Shown one piece after another: positions 38,921-47,968 of a stretch of DNA of 64,000 nt (position 1 is the first letter of the stretch; every line of letters starts with the position of its first letter). Location: positions 1 to 64,000 of the IMG/VR virus record IMGVR_UViG_2675903675_000001. One strand, given 5' to 3'. A program made the translations under genes and the position numbers. The stretch comes from a virus (lineage: Duplodnaviria > Heunggongvirae > Uroviricota > Caudoviricetes). The notes beneath the pieces were generated by a model. The model was given only the letters and a program-made list of their open reading frames with translations, did no database searches and was not told the origin of the DNA.

Positions 38921-38956
38921 AAACAAATAAAAAAATCCGCTCAATTGAACGGATTC
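38921..38956 (-). terminator. rho-independent terminator for the minus-strand operon ending at 38973
   Basis: On the minus strand: hairpin aatccg-10-nt loop-cggatt followed by a T-run (A-run 38921-38935 on plus). Confidence 0.6.
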
Positions 38957-38972
38957 TATTAAATGAGATTGT

Positions 38973-39644
38973 TTATTCTGCTGCTAAATCTAACTCGGTT
39001 TGCGCTGCTTTGTCTTTTGTGAATACAGATTTTAAATATTTGACCAGCTCATTATCTGTATTTATTTTATACTCGCCATAACCTAAACTGATTTTTCCGC
39101 CAGTATATGTAACAATCCCTAAACGTTGGCATAATTTCAACGCTTGATTAGTTTGTGTAAATCCGTCATCAATATCGCGATCAATCTGTTTTTTATATTC
39201 GCCCATTCTTGCGCGATATTCGCGCATCGTAAATTTATTTTTATCCGCTTTGATAAAATCTAATGCTGCAATGATATTCGACGCGCTCATGTCTGATATA
39301 TCATAACTATAGAAACCATTAGCAACGCTTTTAATCACTAAACCAAACTTGTTTAAGCTGTAAGAATTGGCAGCAATTTCTTTTAATAAATCCATCGGAT
39401 CAGCTTTTGCGCTTTTAACTATGTAATAAAGTGCCGTCACTGATTTTTCATTCATTGAAACCAAAGAGGAAAGATTTTGAAAATATTTTGCTTTTGTCTG
39501 CGCTGCCTGCAATTCCTTTTTTTCCGCGCTTGATAATTTAGCAACATCAGATAAACGCTGTTCAACTTGCGCTAAATTATCATCAAATAAAGAAAGAGTT
39601 GATGCAACTGAAGAAACGATAAAAGATTTAGATAATTGAGCCAT
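38973..39644 (-). CDS. hypothetical protein (223 aa)
   Basis: Long minus-strand ORF with RBS; helical; no motif recognised. Confidence 0.5.
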   Translation of the reverse strand: MAQLSKSFIVSSVASTLSLFDDNLAQVEQRLSDVAKLSSAEKKELQAAQTKAKYFQNLSSLVSMNEKSVTALYYIVKSAKADPMDLLKEIAANSYSLNKFGLVIKSVANGFYSYDISDMSASNIIAALDFIKADKNKFTMREYRARMGEYKKQIDRDIDDGFTQTNQALKLCQRLGIVTYTGGKISLGYGEYKINTDNELVKYLKSVFTKDKAAQTELDLAAE

Positions 39645-40090
39645 GATGTGATCCTATTTTAAATTCGCTATATTGCGAGTGATTGTAATTTATGTTTCGT
39701 TGGCGTTGTTCGCTTTCGATGTGACACATATTATCAGTTCTTTTTTTTCTTGCAAGCGTTTTATTGAGTGGTTTATAAGTTTTTTTTGTTTCTATATGCG
39801 GTGAGAGTCTTAGAAAAAACAGTCACTTATCTGTAGGTCATCCATGAAAATATTCCCTTTTATGATCTTTAGCCTTATATATAACCCAAAGGCTAATAAG
39901 TTATCATTATATTGATGTGTATTACGTGCTTTTGGTGATTAAGATGATTAAGATAGACAGGTGAGGTGAGACTTCTGGTGATTAAGATAGGCAGGTGCTT
40001 CTGGTGCGTAAAAATAATTGCGTATTAGGTGCTGAGAGAGCCTTATATAAATTAGCCTGAACAAGTCAGGCTAACAATTAACTGTCTGCG

Positions 40091-40618
40091 TTACTCTGCT
40101 AATGATCCGTCATCTTCAAGCGGAACAATACGTTTAACCGCATCATACATAATCAAGACCTGACCTGTGGATGTGGCTATCTGCAAAGAATCTAAGTCGT
40201 GGCTAAAACTAAAGCCCTTATATATTTTTCCGCTTTTTAGAAGCACCGAAACGTCTTTCTTGGTCGCGTGGGCTTTTCTCAAAATTGGATGGAAAGTTTT
40301 AAATTTAGGTAAGGTGGATTTGTCAAAATACTGAGTTTTCGAATCCGACTCATCGAATTCTCTTCTTTCGATAACCTCAACTGTAGCAATTTCCGCCAAT
40401 AACATTCTCCTATCAGAAAAAACGACCACGCCTCTTCTGGCGTTTATCTTCACAGGGTTGGTTGTAAAAATTTCGCCGTTGAGTTTTGTTACCTTAACAG
40501 ATTTGTTTTTAGCTTTTGCTAAATTGGAAATCAGAGTTAACGCTCCACGATATATTCTTTCGTTAAATCGATTAATGCCATATGTAACATCCACCTTTGG
40601 CAATTCACTGTTAATCAT
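40091..40618 (-). CDS. hypothetical protein (175 aa)
   Basis: Minus-strand ORF; basic; no motif recognised. Confidence 0.5.
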   Translation of the reverse strand: MINSELPKVDVTYGINRFNERIYRGALTLISNLAKAKNKSVKVTKLNGEIFTTNPVKINARRGVVVFSDRRMLLAEIATVEVIERREFDESDSKTQYFDKSTLPKFKTFHPILRKAHATKKDVSVLLKSGKIYKGFSFSHDLDSLQIATSTGQVLIMYDAVKRIVPLEDDGSLAE

Positions 40619-40797
40619 TTCTCGTCTCTCTATCGATAATATTTTATTGTCGCTATGGTAACAGAACGACAGCGGCGTAATAAGATGCCTTTAAATGACC
40701 CTTGATATAAACACTTACGTAAATATACAATGAGAAATATTCTCAGGTATTGGAAAATGTATGAAAAATAAGATTTTACTCACCATTTTAGTATCGA

Positions 40798-41193
40798 TTG
40801 GATGCGGTTGCGTCAAAAGAGGTTCCGATTGAGAGAATGTATTGGGAGTCAGGTAGAGAAAGCAGCAATGGAGACAGTGTTATTATTGTCAAGCGAGATT
40901 CAGGGCCTACCTACTCCGCCTGTACTGCGAATATCTTTTTTCAAGGTACTCGGGTTTCTGAGTTAGAACCTGGTGAAAAGGTTACGATGTACGTTAATAG
41001 CGGTGAATACGTTATTGGTGAGTTCCTAAGTGGAGCCGGTTGTTTACCGTTTCTAAAAACATTGGTTGCGGTGATAAAGCCGAACTCTAATAACGTCTTT
41101 AGAGTAAAAACTACGTTCATGGGTGCTAACGGTGGTGATGCTCTTATTCGTGACAATGACATATCCATGGTGCTGATGAACAGCTTAAATTAA
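40798..41193 (+). CDS. hypothetical protein; possibly a frameshifted lipoprotein (see findings)
   Basis: 131-aa ORF; an upstream 24-codon ORF in another frame (40761-40832) encodes a lipoprotein signal peptide 'MKNKILLTILVSIGC'. Confidence 0.4.
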   Translation: MDAVASKEVPIERMYWESGRESSNGDSVIIVKRDSGPTYSACTANIFFQGTRVSELEPGEKVTMYVNSGEYVIGEFLSGAGCLPFLKTLVAVIKPNSNNVFRVKTTFMGANGGDALIRDNDISMVLMNSLN

Positions 41194-41223
41194 AAAAAGA
41201 GGGCGGATATCCGCCCTCTTTTA
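41191..41223. terminator. bidirectional rho-independent terminator
   Basis: A7-agagggcgg-atat-ccgccctct-T4; serves the convergent genes on both sides. Confidence 0.8.
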
Positions 41224-41225
41224 AG

Positions 41226-41855
41226 TTAAACAATCATACTTTTAATCGTCGCAATGCCTTTCTCGGTTAAAGCCCAAGTTATCTTGTCGCGGCTAGGGTC
41301 TAATCGCATAAAATCACCATCTAAAGATCGCTTAGTTGGCATGTCGTCAGATTTTTTTAACCAACCTAATAATTGAAGTGTGGTAATTAGTCGAGATACC
41401 GGAATGTTCAATTCTTTTGATGCTGGCAATCTGTTGTAGGTCTTTGTTTCATCATTTTCAATTTGCTCTAAACTATCCAACTCGGTTAAAAAGTTTTTCG
41501 ACCACTCATCTTCTATTCTCGTTTTTTCTAACATTTCCATGATGGACGAGACTGAAACAACTTTGTTAACAAGGATGTGTTCAACCATTTGCAAGAAACC
41601 TAGTGAGGTTCTGTCTTGTTTACTTCCTTTTGTTAGCGCCATATCAGCTAAAATTGACTTCAATAAATTCGCCCCTGATAGATGGGGATGTGCTCTCATG
41701 AAATCAATAAATTCAGCCGCGTATGTTTGACCCAAAGAATGATCGTCTTTATTAGCTGGTTTCCAATAGACTATCTTTGATGGAGATTTTCCGCCAATGA
41801 ATGGAAGATTTAAAAATAAATTGATGGTTTGATTGTTGTTTAGCTGCTTTGCCAT
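41226..41855 (-). CDS. hypothetical protein (209 aa)
   Basis: Minus-strand ORF; no motif recognised. Confidence 0.5.
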   Translation of the reverse strand: MAKQLNNNQTINLFLNLPFIGGKSPSKIVYWKPANKDDHSLGQTYAAEFIDFMRAHPHLSGANLLKSILADMALTKGSKQDRTSLGFLQMVEHILVNKVVSVSSIMEMLEKTRIEDEWSKNFLTELDSLEQIENDETKTYNRLPASKELNIPVSRLITTLQLLGWLKKSDDMPTKRSLDGDFMRLDPSRDKITWALTEKGIATIKSMIV

Positions 41856-41926
41856 TTTGCTTATCTCGTTTGTGTGTGTTTGTGGGACGAGATGGATATT
41901 AAAATGGCGAAGCAGGGTAAAAAGTT

Positions 41927-42232
41927 TTAGTTATCGGTGTTTTCGGTTTGTGAAAATCTTGAGTTCATTAAGCTATCAAGCATTTCTTTGTTGATCTTAC
42001 CTTCCTTATACATCTTGGTTAACTTAGATATTACATCGTTTTCAGTTGCTAGCTTTTCAATCATCTTATCAAAGTCGGTAAGCGTGATATTTTCGAGAAT
42101 GGCATTAAGTAACAATTCGATACTCGGTTTAATCCTCTTTTCCTTTAAGCGATTTTTTAACACATCAAGTTTATCTTGGGATTTTGCGGTTGCTCTGAAT
42201 TGAACAACTTTATCTTTTCTAACTAAACTCAT
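41927..42232 (-). CDS. hypothetical protein (101 aa)
   Basis: Minus-strand ORF, Lys-rich and helical. Confidence 0.45.
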   Translation of the reverse strand: MSLVRKDKVVQFRATAKSQDKLDVLKNRLKEKRIKPSIELLLNAILENITLTDFDKMIEKLATENDVISKLTKMYKEGKINKEMLDSLMNSRFSQTENTDN

Positions 42233-42273
42233 AATAAAAATACCTTTAAAAAATACCTTTAAAATAATTATAT

Positions 42274-43926
42274 CTACGCATTAAGTAAATTAAAAGGTAA
42301 TTCACTACCTTCTGGTAATATACCTTGGTGAAAGCCGTCAGTTTCCTTAATAATTACGCGCCGCTCGAATGAATGCTTTAACAGATGGTTGTTGGAGTAA
42401 TCAAGGAAGTCAATGACGAAGCAAATGTTAGCCTGATCCTTTTTCTTACGTAATCCCCTACCTACTCGTTGACGTAATTCCACTTCCGCTTTGCCGCCGC
42501 CAGCCAAAATAACGCCACCGACACCGGGAACATCGACACCAACATCAAGAATGGTTGAGCCGATAAGAACATCAATTTCACGGTTACGAAGTTTGTTAAG
42601 TTGTTGTAGACGTTCTTTTTGCTTACTTTCACCGAAGATAAACTCGGTCCTAATGCCTAAATCAGTCAACATTTCTTTGAGTATTTGACCATGGCGTTTT
42701 AGACGAACAAGCAGCATTGTTGATAAGCCGTGGTCAAAGAGTTCTTTTGCGTGCTTAACGACTAATTTATTTCTAGCGAGATTGTAGGTGATCCCAAGTT
42801 GCGCGGCTCTTGTGTAAGGTGAGGTTCGACCCAATCGGCTATTACCCATTTTGTCAGCTAAATCTTCTTTGATTCTTGCTTCATCGGGGATGTAGTCAGT
42901 TTTGAGATAAAGAAAGTAAGGTTTAGCAAGAATACCTCTATCAATCAGATATTTTTCACTCACTTTAATGCCGATTGAGCCTGTTACTGCCATTAATCGC
43001 ATATTGGCTTCCGCTGAGTCTTTCATAAATGGCGTGGCGGTAAGTCCTAATCGATAATCGGCGTTGACACACATCCGAGAAACATCATAAAAGCCATTGC
43101 CCGAAGACTCGTGAGCTTCTTCTAAAATAAGCAGAATAGTTTCTTTGAGCATCATTTTGATAGCGGCTTGTCTGCGGTAGTGAAATTCACGCTTTTTAGC
43201 CCATTCAATACGTTGTTCTTCTTTGGAAGGGTGGGGCTTTTTGGTTTTTTCAGACTTTTTGGTTTTTGGTGGGAGTTTTTCGACAAAACGAGGGTACTCA
43301 TCTAAAAAGCTCGTCAATGTTTGGATAGTAGCAACGTTAATATGTCGTGAAAAATGAAACATACCGTCACCGATGATCCCAATCTTTTCACCTTTCAGCT
43401 CAGGTTCGCCATTTTCAGCTCGGTAGTCTAAAGATTGCTGGAAGTTGTCACGCATTTGGTGCATCAGAACAGAACGAGTTGTAATAAACAACGTTAAACG
43501 CTTAACACGGGCTGCCGCCTTACATGCCACAACACTTTTGCCTCCGCCTGTGGCGACTTGAGCGATCATACCGCCGATATTCACCATTCTTTCAACGGTT
43601 TCATCTTGGTAAAGATAATCAGGATTGAAAGGAAAGTCGTTTACTTCAGGGTTTGGTTTGCCAAGCGGTTCAGCCATGGGTTTTCGATTGAGTAAAACGC
43701 GGTGACCAGAGGATTCGAGCTTTTTGCGAACAGCGGAAACAAAACCTGATGGAAAGCTACGAGTTGACCAGTTAAACATGGTCGATTTTCCATCCCAATC
43801 TTTGGACATAAACTCAGCGCCTGCTATTTCATAACTCAGTGCTTCCTGTATGCACTTTTTCACGGATTCGTCGGCATTATCGCTAACAATAGCGTTAACA
43901 GCGTTATAGACGATAGCGATATTCAT
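42274..43926 (-). CDS. SF2 DEAD/DEAH-box helicase (phage replication/recombination helicase, UvsW-like class)
   Basis: ATG at 43926 with AAGG RBS; motif I 'ATGGGKSVVA', motif II 'LEEAHES', motif III 'LTATP', motif VI 'QRVGRGLR'. Confidence 0.75.
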   Translation of the reverse strand: MNIAIVYNAVNAIVSDNADESVKKCIQEALSYEIAGAEFMSKDWDGKSTMFNWSTRSFPSGFVSAVRKKLESSGHRVLLNRKPMAEPLGKPNPEVNDFPFNPDYLYQDETVERMVNIGGMIAQVATGGGKSVVACKAAARVKRLTLFITTRSVLMHQMRDNFQQSLDYRAENGEPELKGEKIGIIGDGMFHFSRHINVATIQTLTSFLDEYPRFVEKLPPKTKKSEKTKKPHPSKEEQRIEWAKKREFHYRRQAAIKMMLKETILLILEEAHESSGNGFYDVSRMCVNADYRLGLTATPFMKDSAEANMRLMAVTGSIGIKVSEKYLIDRGILAKPYFLYLKTDYIPDEARIKEDLADKMGNSRLGRTSPYTRAAQLGITYNLARNKLVVKHAKELFDHGLSTMLLVRLKRHGQILKEMLTDLGIRTEFIFGESKQKERLQQLNKLRNREIDVLIGSTILDVGVDVPGVGGVILAGGGKAEVELRQRVGRGLRKKKDQANICFVIDFLDYSNNHLLKHSFERRVIIKETDGFHQGILPEGSELPFNLLNA

Positions 43927-44004
43927 AAATAATACCTTATATTTTAGTAAAACAATCATTATACTAAGTAAGTTAATACTTATGGAAAGTATGGGAAAAA
44001 TACA

Positions 44005-44706
44005 ATGGAATGTAAAACTAATTTTTTAGAGGTCGAGACGGGAAAGCTGATTCCTAACGGCTGGAACACAAATAGCGTCCCGATCGCAAACATGGACAAG
44101 CTAAAAGCGTCGGTCGAGCGACTAGGTTTGTTTAAGCCGGTTATTGTTCGTGAAGTCGGTGATAAATATGAAATCCTTGGCGGTGAACATCGTTGGCGAG
44201 TTGCTGTTGAGCTAGGTTTACCTACTATCATGATTGCCAATCTAGGCGCAATTGATGAAAAAACCGCAAAGCAGATCTCAGTAGTGGACAACGAGCGGTA
44301 CGGTGAAGACGATGCCGAAAGCTTCTCTCGTTTGTTGGAAGATATTCAATTAGATCTTGATTACAGCTTTGCTGATTTAGCCCCTATCGAAGATATTTTG
44401 AAAGATGTAATGCCCTCTATTTCCTCAGAGTCAGCTTTTCGTGAGCTTGAAGCACTAAGTAGTGAAATGGGTATGAGTTCAGGCATGGACGAGTCTGAAC
44501 CCGAGCCTTTACGCGATCGCGCCGAAAAAACCGAAATTGGGAAAAGCCAAATGATGCGATTCAAAGTTTCCGCAGATGCGGCTGAAACTATTGAAGCGGT
44601 CATTGCGGCTGTTATCCGTGATGAAGGTATTAAAACAGGTAACAAAATGGAAGATGTGGGAGAAGCCTTTCTCTTCATCGCTGAAAAATACAAGGAAGTG
44701 CGCTAA
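44005..44706 (+). CDS. ParB-like nuclease (ParBc/Srx fold) domain protein 1
   Basis: 'KPVIVREVGDKYEILGGEHRWRVAVELGLPTI' matches the ParB N-terminal domain GxxR box; acidic C-terminal half. Confidence 0.65.
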   Translation: MECKTNFLEVETGKLIPNGWNTNSVPIANMDKLKASVERLGLFKPVIVREVGDKYEILGGEHRWRVAVELGLPTIMIANLGAIDEKTAKQISVVDNERYGEDDAESFSRLLEDIQLDLDYSFADLAPIEDILKDVMPSISSESAFRELEALSSEMGMSSGMDESEPEPLRDRAEKTEIGKSQMMRFKVSADAAETIEAVIAAVIRDEGIKTGNKMEDVGEAFLFIAEKYKEVR

Positions 44707-45380
44707 TGGAACATAAATTCGAGATTGTTTATTTAGACCCTCGCACTCTTACCCCGTATGCGAAGAACGCGAAGAAGCACAACGAGCAGCAAATCAAAGA
44801 CCTCGCGGAAGCTATCAAAAAGCGTGGATTTGACCAGCCGATTACGGTCGATAAAGACATGGTGATTATCACAGGTCATGGTCGAACAGAGGCGTCAATT
44901 TTCGCCGGGTTAAAATTGGTTCCGGTTATTATTCGTGATGATTTAAGCGAAAAAGAAGTTGCTGCTAAACGTCTTGAAGATAACCGTCTATCGAGCACCG
45001 ACTATGATGCGCTGCTGATCCAAGAAGAGCTTAAAGGCTTAATTGATGACGATATCGCGGTTTACGGATTTTCTGAGCGTGAATTGAGTGTTTTGGTTGA
45101 AGACATGACGGCGAATATTTCTACGGAAGATTTGGTTACTGATTTAGCAAGCGAAACCGAGCGTCAACGTGACGAGCATGAAGAGGTTACTCGCGAAGTT
45201 GCAAAATCAGATGTTCGTTTGGTGGACGTGATGGGCTTTAAATCGCTCCCTGCCAGCGTTGCGATTGAAGTGGGTGATTTGCTGTCACACATGGAAGAAG
45301 TCACGGGAAAAGAAGGGGTAGACGCTTTCGTGGCATTTGCACAGAAGATCTCAAAAGAAATGTACGGGGATAACGCATGA
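44706..45380 (+). CDS. ParB-like nuclease domain protein 2
   Basis: 'QPITVDKDMVIITGHGRTEASIFAGLKLVPVII' ParBc-like; translationally coupled to genes on both sides. Confidence 0.6.
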   Translation: MEHKFEIVYLDPRTLTPYAKNAKKHNEQQIKDLAEAIKKRGFDQPITVDKDMVIITGHGRTEASIFAGLKLVPVIIRDDLSEKEVAAKRLEDNRLSSTDYDALLIQEELKGLIDDDIAVYGFSERELSVLVEDMTANISTEDLVTDLASETERQRDEHEEVTREVAKSDVRLVDVMGFKSLPASVAIEVGDLLSHMEEVTGKEGVDAFVAFAQKISKEMYGDNA

Positions 45381-46033
45381 GCGAATATCTAATCAACGTA
45401 TCTTTTGATACGCGAGTCACAAAGACAACCCGAACCTTGGAAGTGGCAGAGTCTTTCGGCTTAGGTATGGACAATAAGCAATTCACGCTTTACGACAACC
45501 TTTCGGTAAAAATAGACCAGGGGGAGGTTGTTTACATTACCGGGCAATCAGGATCAGGTAAGTCGGTTATTTTACGTGAATTACAAAGGCTGATGAAAGA
45601 GAGCGGTAAAACGGTCGCGTCCATTGACGACATTGTGTTTGATGACAATGTGAACGTTATCGATCAGGTTGGCAAAACCACCGCAGAGGCTTTGAGTTTG
45701 CTGTCTATGGCTGGTTTGAACGACGCTTACCTATTTATCCGCAAACCTTCTGAAATGTCTGACGGCCAAAGATACCGACTCAAAATTGCTATGTTGATTG
45801 AATCCGGTGCGAACGTATGGGCCGCAGATGAATTTGGGGCCGTGTTAGACCGTGTTACAGCACAAGCCGTCGCTTCTAACTTCCAAAGAGCCGCACGCAA
45901 TGTCGGTGCTACCGTTATGGTGGCAACAACGCATGAGGATCTAATCAATGCTTTGCGTCCTAGCGTTACGATCACAAAGCATTACAAAGAGCGCGTGAAG
46001 GTCGATTATTCGGAGGATAGTGGCAATGAATGA
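45377..46033 (+). CDS. ABC-type/SMC-like P-loop ATPase (218 aa)
   Basis: Walker A 'GQSGSGKS', ABC signature-like 'MSDGQRYRL', Walker B 'VWAADEFGAVLD', H-loop 'ATTHE'. Confidence 0.6.
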   Translation: MSEYLINVSFDTRVTKTTRTLEVAESFGLGMDNKQFTLYDNLSVKIDQGEVVYITGQSGSGKSVILRELQRLMKESGKTVASIDDIVFDDNVNVIDQVGKTTAEALSLLSMAGLNDAYLFIRKPSEMSDGQRYRLKIAMLIESGANVWAADEFGAVLDRVTAQAVASNFQRAARNVGATVMVATTHEDLINALRPSVTITKHYKERVKVDYSEDSGNE

Positions 46034-46922
46034 TGTTGTTATTCAACGTCACCAGCTTGAGGACTTCCCAAAGCACCTCGACTTCATGAAAGATATGGTC
46101 GTGTCGAAAGGTACGATTGAAGATTGGCATGAGTTGAAGTCACTGCACTACAAGACCGATGGTAAGCCATTTGCGCCTTGTTATTACAAATGTACGCTAC
46201 ACGGTCGATTAGTGGGTGTCGTGGTCATGGCATACCCGAAATTGCTTCTAGCACCTCGCCACCGAATGTTTCCGAAACTCAAGCCGACAACCAACACAAC
46301 GATTGCTAATCAGTATTGGGGCAAGTATGTGAACGCCAGTTTTGCGGTGGTGAGCCGATGTGTGGTTGATACGCTATATCGCGGTTTAGGCGTGAGTTAT
46401 CGGTTAATCAACATTGCTTCTCGTATGCACAACAAGCCGATCATTGAAATTCAATCCTCGATGAGTAAATACAATCCGTTTGCAATGAAAGCAGGTTTTG
46501 AGTTCATCAGACCGGAAAGACCGAAAACGTATGAAAGCGCGTTGAGAGTATATCAGCGGCATTTTCGTTCTGACGCCGGCGATACCGAATCTATCGTGAT
46601 AGAGCTTTTCGCTATGACGGAAAGCCGTCGTCGTCGTGCATTGTCTGATTTAGTGACTAATTACCACAAGAATTCATCACTGGCGAAGGCAGGTAGAAAC
46701 AGAGGCACAACGATTCAGGATATTTTAGACACGTTGTGTACCGAAGAGGCGATTGTGAAGTTGTTGAAGGAAATTCATAACCTCAGTTTCACCACACCGC
46801 TGTATGGGGCATATCGTAACCCTGACTTTGATAGAGAGCTTCCAAGCGAAATCTGTCTTCTGGCATTCGATAACCAAGAAACGCGCTCAGAATTGGATTT
46901 AACGCGCTTAAAATCGATTTAA
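46026..46922 (+). CDS. hypothetical protein with GNAT-like acetyl-CoA-binding motif (298 aa)
   Basis: ATG 46026 with GGAGG RBS; 'VVSRCVVDTLYRGLGVSYRLI' resembles GNAT motif A (Q/R-x-x-G-x-G/A). Confidence 0.4.
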   Translation: MNDVVIQRHQLEDFPKHLDFMKDMVVSKGTIEDWHELKSLHYKTDGKPFAPCYYKCTLHGRLVGVVVMAYPKLLLAPRHRMFPKLKPTTNTTIANQYWGKYVNASFAVVSRCVVDTLYRGLGVSYRLINIASRMHNKPIIEIQSSMSKYNPFAMKAGFEFIRPERPKTYESALRVYQRHFRSDAGDTESIVIELFAMTESRRRRALSDLVTNYHKNSSLAKAGRNRGTTIQDILDTLCTEEAIVKLLKEIHNLSFTTPLYGAYRNPDFDRELPSEICLLAFDNQETRSELDLTRLKSI

Positions 46923-46940
46923 CAATGGAGTTTTAAAAAC

Positions 46941-47204
46941 ATGGACGTAACACACAAGCAAAAATTAATCATTGGCACAATCTGGATCGGAATGGAACGA
47001 TTTGACCCGATAGATATGGATGAGCTTTTAGAAATGCTGCCGTACAAAACAACAAAGCAGTCAATGCAATTCTCAATCCGCGCTTTGATTAAAAAAGGGT
47101 TGGTTATTAAAAGTGGTTTAAAAAAGCGAAGCACTAACGGCTACAACCGTGTGACATTTGAATTAACAGAGTTAGGTTCTGCTATTGCTAAAATGTATCG
47201 CTAA
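46941..47204 (+). CDS. small hypothetical protein, possible winged-helix DNA-binding protein (87 aa)
   Basis: ORF directly upstream of the terminase genes; basic helical C-terminus. Confidence 0.45.
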   Translation: MDVTHKQKLIIGTIWIGMERFDPIDMDELLEMLPYKTTKQSMQFSIRALIKKGLVIKSGLKKRSTNGYNRVTFELTELGSAIAKMYR

Positions 47205-47312
47205 ACAATACCGCGTTCCCATTAAGATATATTAGTAATTAATAGGAATTAGTTATTTTTATTATTTATTTATTTTCATGTTTTTATTAATTAAAGCAGT
47301 AAGAAATTATAT

Positions 47313-47352
47313 AAATACTATGGGAGCTAGGTCTTCAATCACACTGCGGAAA
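47313..47352 (+). promoter_or_regulatory. conserved element aaatactatgggagctagg...cactgcggaa upstream of terS
   Basis: Same about 40-nt element as at 22014-22052, upstream of gene 22053. Confidence 0.6.
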
Positions 47353-47365
47353 AAGGAATTTTCGA

Positions 47366-47968
47366 GTGACTGTCAAAGAAGAAAAAACGCGGTTAACATC
47401 TGCAAAGTGGGCAGAAGCAGAGGCGGCATGGTCGTCTGGTGAGTTTTCACTATCTCAGTTAGAAGCGAAGTTTGGTGTCAGACGTGAAACGTTGTCCCGT
47501 CATTTCAAAAAAAGAAAAATCACCAAAGGGGTTGATGTTGTTGGGAAGATGGTGCGTGACGCTATCAAATCCGACGCGGAAGTGAGAGCTAAAGAGCGGT
47601 CAATGCTGATAGAAGAGCGTCGGAGCAAGTACGATCGCTTTGCTGTCAATATAGCGGCTCTGGTGATGAGAGAGGTTACTGAGGGTTCTAAAGCTATCGC
47701 TTCCGGTGAGATATCTGGCTTCGCTAAACATGAAGGAAATATAAAGGCCCTTCAAAGAGCTTCAATCACACTCGGAAAATGTTTTGAGGTTTCAAGTAAA
47801 GCTCTAAACATGGATCGTGTTGAAATGGAAGAAGATGATCTACCGTCGCTGATGTTCGGGGAGTTAACCCAAGGTCAAGTTGCGGAACTTCGTAAGAGTG
47901 ATGAGCCAGTTGATTTAAGTGAGGAAATCGACTTCGAGGGAGATGAAGACGAGGAAGGTGAAGAATAA
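47366..47968 (+). CDS. terS: terminase small subunit
   Basis: GTG start with AAGGA RBS; N-terminal HTH 'SLSQLEAKFGVRRETLSRHFKK', acidic C-terminal tail; immediately precedes the large subunit with overlapping stop/start. Confidence 0.7.
   Translation: MTVKEEKTRLTSAKWAEAEAAWSSGEFSLSQLEAKFGVRRETLSRHFKKRKITKGVDVVGKMVRDAIKSDAEVRAKERSMLIEERRSKYDRFAVNIAALVMREVTEGSKAIASGEISGFAKHEGNIKALQRASITLGKCFEVSSKALNMDRVEMEEDDLPSLMFGELTQGQVAELRKSDEPVDLSEEIDFEGDEDEEGEE

Noticed and set aside
44005-45380. ParB-like genes as a plasmid partition (parAB) locus
   Set aside because: No ParA/Walker-type partition ATPase adjacent. Short ParBc-only proteins directly upstream of terS fit the common phage ParB-nuclease family better. 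Partition genes of this element, if any, must lie outside the window.
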